Shown: in pieces, positions 61,343 through 64,000 of the stretch
Layout of the letters: the number at the start of each line of letters is the position of its first letter
Position numbering within the stretch: the stretch's first letter is position 1
Origin: Tannerella sp.
GTDB lineage: Bacteria > Bacteroidota > Bacteroidia > Bacteroidales > Tannerellaceae
Reading direction: 5' to 3'
DNA length: 64,000 bases
Assembly: GCA_031258835.1 (NCBI GenBank)
Contig: JAIRMH010000099.1
Span: forward strand, 7,923 to 71,922
Program-made: the position numbers and the translations under genes
Notes under the pieces: generated by a model
Database searches by the model: none
Told to the model about the DNA's origin: nothing
What the model saw: only the letters and a program-made list of their open reading frames with translations

Positions 61343-63961
61343 ATGAAGAGAGGAAATTTAATCCAATTAATCAAAGGCGGGATCTATATTTTTGTTGTCA
61401 TAGTTTCCGGCTTCATGCTGAATTTCTGTAAATCGGAAGAGATTTTTGAAGATATGCCACAAATATTCAGCATTGGCGGCGTGGTAACAAAATCGGACGG
61501 AGGTGTAGCTTCGGGTGCTTCGATTATGCTCGTCAACGCGTTTGACGACAGCGATATCGAACAATCATCGACCACCATAACCGGAGAATACGTTATAACC
61601 GGCGTAAGCGCGGGAAGTTATAAAATTATAGTCGCGCTAACCGGATATGAGACGAATTCTATTGACGGAATAAAAGTTCTCAATACCGATATAACGCTCG
61701 ATGAAATTGTACTCCAAAAAATTATAGTCCCGACCTATGTCATCAGCGGTACTGTCACCAAATCCGACGGCAGTGCGGCGGCAGGCGCTTCCGTACAGGT
61801 GAAAAAAGCAGGCGACAACGTCTATGTCGGACAGGCCGTAACAACTGATGCTTCGGGAACATATTCGATTGGCGATATTCCTTCGGGTAAATACAATATC
61901 ATTATTATGCTCGACGGATATGACACAGGTATCCTTTCCGACGTAATGGTAAATAATGCCGATCTGACTTCTTTAAATGTTATCCTGCAAACAATCACAA
62001 TAAATGCGAACGCCGTAAATATTGTTTTTTCGGATAACGATGTAACGATAGATAATCTTCCTTCCGACGGCAGCGTTACGGCAACAAAAAACGGGGCGGA
62101 TGTAACGATCGTTTCCTCTGCAACGAAAACTGTCGAATGTTTTGTTTCCGGTGCAACCTCCAACGGTTCGCTGAAAATTCAGAACAATGCCACAGTTCCT
62201 AATACGCTTCGCCTGACCTTGAACAATGTAATGATAACCTCTGCATCCAAACTGCCGCCCATTCAGGTTACAAAAAATGAAGGTGTTACCATTGTTGAAC
62301 TTAAAGGGAATAACATTCTCTCCGACAATGCCTCCAATGAAGAGAACGCCACGCTGATCACCAAAAGCGGCTCTTTTGAATTTGAAGGTTACGGCAAACT
62401 CAATATCAGTGGCATTGCAAAACATGCCATTGCAAGCAGTAAGAAAAGTATTACGGTACGTGGTGGCGACATTAACGTTGCATCAGCCGCATCCGATGGT
62501 CTCCACGCCGAAGCCGGATTCGAGATTTCGGACGGCTCGCTGGATATTACCGCTTCGGGCGACGGCATTGATGCCGGCAGCGGCACAGCCATTCTCAACG
62601 GAGGAAAGATCCGCATCACCTCCCGCTCCGACGATACTAAAGGGATCAAAGCCGACGCGGGAATCTCCGTGAACGGCGGCGTTGTCGAAATGGCCGTTTC
62701 CGGCGCGCAGTCGAAAGGCATCAGCAGCAAAGCCGACATAACCGTCGCCGGTGGGGATCTATCCATTATCGTCTCCGGCGCCACCGTTCTCGAACCTGTT
62801 GGTAGCGGCTACGATCCGTCTTATTGCACCGCCATCAAAAGCGACGCCAACATCATTGTCACAGATGGAATCATTCATATCGAAAGCGGCAGAACTTCCG
62901 ACGGGGGAAAAGGTATATCGGCCGACGGCGATATATTAATCAGCAACGGCACGCTTAATATCACAACCGCCGGCGACGGCAAAGTGTATACCTCCGAAAC
63001 CGGCGCGACAGATTCCTACACCTCGACTTGCATAAAGAGCGACCAGAATATTGCGCTGTTGGGCGGAAAAATCACTTGCAGCAGTTCGGGAACAGGCGGT
63101 AAAGGCATTGACGCCGACAGAAGCATCACCATCGGTAATGCAGGCGCCAACAATGCCGACCTCACATTGACCGTCGGCACGTCGGGCGCCCGTTTCCTCG
63201 TGTCGGGCAGCTCCGGTGGAGGGGGTGTCGGGCGTCCCGGTGGAGGTTTCGGCAGTAACGGCAGTGATTATGCCAATCCAAAAGCCATTAAAAGCGAAGG
63301 TGATATGACTGTCAACAGCGGAACTGTCGTCATCAACTGCACCCAGACGAGCGAAGGCGGCGAAGGACTGGAAAGCAAAGGTGCACTGACCGTCAATGGT
63401 GGAAATATCAGCATCAATTCTTATGACGACTGCATCAATGGCGGCACGTCCGTCACCATCAACGGCGGCAATATATTCGTTGCTGCACGAGGCCAGGACG
63501 CGATCGACAGTAACGGTTCGCTGGTCATCAATGGCGGACTGACCATTGCCAATGGTGTCCGTGGCGATGGCGAAGCCCTCGACGGACAGACCGGTCGTTA
63601 TCCCATCAATGGCGGCGTCATCGTCGGCACCTGCGGTAACCTGATGGAAGTCCCCGCCGGGCCTCAACGCGCCGTCATCTATTCGCGCGCCACGGCAGGT
63701 AGCGACATTTGCATCAAAAACGCGGCGGGCGAAACGATCCTCCTGTTCCGCGTCCCTGTCATATCGGGCGCAAGTAGCGGAACAAGCGTCATTGTAGTAT
63801 TTTCAGACCCGCGCTTAGTGTCAGGAACCTATACATTATTTTATAATGGTAAAATCGAAGGCGGTGCCAACTACAACGGTTACATCACGGGCGGCGCCTA
63901 CTCCGGCGGTGCCTCGAAATCGTTCACCATTGGCAATGCCACTTATACTCAAGTGCAATAA
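61343..63961 (+). CDS. Putative surface lipoprotein: two carboxypeptidase-regulatory-like Ig domains plus a Cthe_2159 (DUF4353) carbohydrate-binding beta-helix
   Basis: Two repeats ISG.VTKSDG..A.GAS....G.Y.I..V..G.Y.I...L.GY; then SNGSLKI, KHAIAS, DGIDA, KGIKAD, EGLESK, DDCINGG, DAIDSNG. Confidence 0.85.
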   Translation: MKRGNLIQLIKGGIYIFVVIVSGFMLNFCKSEEIFEDMPQIFSIGGVVTKSDGGVASGASIMLVNAFDDSDIEQSSTTITGEYVITGVSAGSYKIIVALTGYETNSIDGIKVLNTDITLDEIVLQKIIVPTYVISGTVTKSDGSAAAGASVQVKKAGDNVYVGQAVTTDASGTYSIGDIPSGKYNIIIMLDGYDTGILSDVMVNNADLTSLNVILQTITINANAVNIVFSDNDVTIDNLPSDGSVTATKNGADVTIVSSATKTVECFVSGATSNGSLKIQNNATVPNTLRLTLNNVMITSASKLPPIQVTKNEGVTIVELKGNNILSDNASNEENATLITKSGSFEFEGYGKLNISGIAKHAIASSKKSITVRGGDINVASAASDGLHAEAGFEISDGSLDITASGDGIDAGSGTAILNGGKIRITSRSDDTKGIKADAGISVNGGVVEMAVSGAQSKGISSKADITVAGGDLSIIVSGATVLEPVGSGYDPSYCTAIKSDANIIVTDGIIHIESGRTSDGGKGISADGDILISNGTLNITTAGDGKVYTSETGATDSYTSTCIKSDQNIALLGGKITCSSSGTGGKGIDADRSITIGNAGANNADLTLTVGTSGARFLVSGSSGGGGVGRPGGGFGSNGSDYANPKAIKSEGDMTVNSGTVVINCTQTSEGGEGLESKGALTVNGGNISINSYDDCINGGTSVTINGGNIFVAARGQDAIDSNGSLVINGGLTIANGVRGDGEALDGQTGRYPINGGVIVGTCGNLMEVPAGPQRAVIYSRATAGSDICIKNAAGETILLFRVPVISGASSGTSVIVVFSDPRLVSGTYTLFYNGKIEGGANYNGYITGGAYSGGASKSFTIGNATYTQVQ

Positions 63962-64000
63962 TAGTCTTTAATGTCATTTAGAATGAAAATAAAAAGTCTT

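Overview
64-kb chromosomal window from a Bacteroidales bacterium, probably Tannerellaceae/Parabacteroides-like, judged from the RpoB/RpoC/EF-Tu sequences, TAnnTTTG promoters and SusC/SusD genes. (1) 1-11.5 kb: a LacI-controlled minus-strand operon running off the left edge. It looks like a complete sulfoglycolytic transketolase (sulfo-TK) pathway for sulfoquinovose (SQ): YihO-like importer, fucose-isomerase-fold isomerase, DUF4867, split transketolase, RpiB-type isomerase, Fe-ADH and TauE exporter. No GH31 SQase is visible; instead there is a Tat-exported Gfo/Idh/MocA oxidoreductase plus two Tat-exported xylose-isomerase-like TIM barrels. Two copies of a palindromic operator are visible. (2) 11.7-37.7 kb: core genes (tRNA-Gln, rpoC, rpoB, rplL/J/A/K, nusG, secE, tRNA-Trp, tuf, tRNA-Thr, a decayed tRNA-Thr carrying an Ala anticodon, hpf, xerC, rpsU, gamma-CA family, beta-lactamase-like/CapA fusion, waaA, gltX, 7TM-HD phosphohydrolase, priA, OM beta-barrel). 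(3) 37.8-55.6 kb: two tandem ECF-sigma/FecR/SusC/SusD PULs, one with a GH130 and one with only a sulfatase. (4) 55.6-64 kb: a mostly AT-rich accessory region with an NVEALA-peptide/CxxC-lipoprotein/beta-propeller module bracketed by a duplicated 123-bp inverted-repeat-bounded promoter element, a truncated DUF4221 gene, a DUF4160/DUF2442 toxin-antitoxin pair and a Cthe_2159-type lipoprotein. Family assignments come from motif recognition and recall only; no database search was run.
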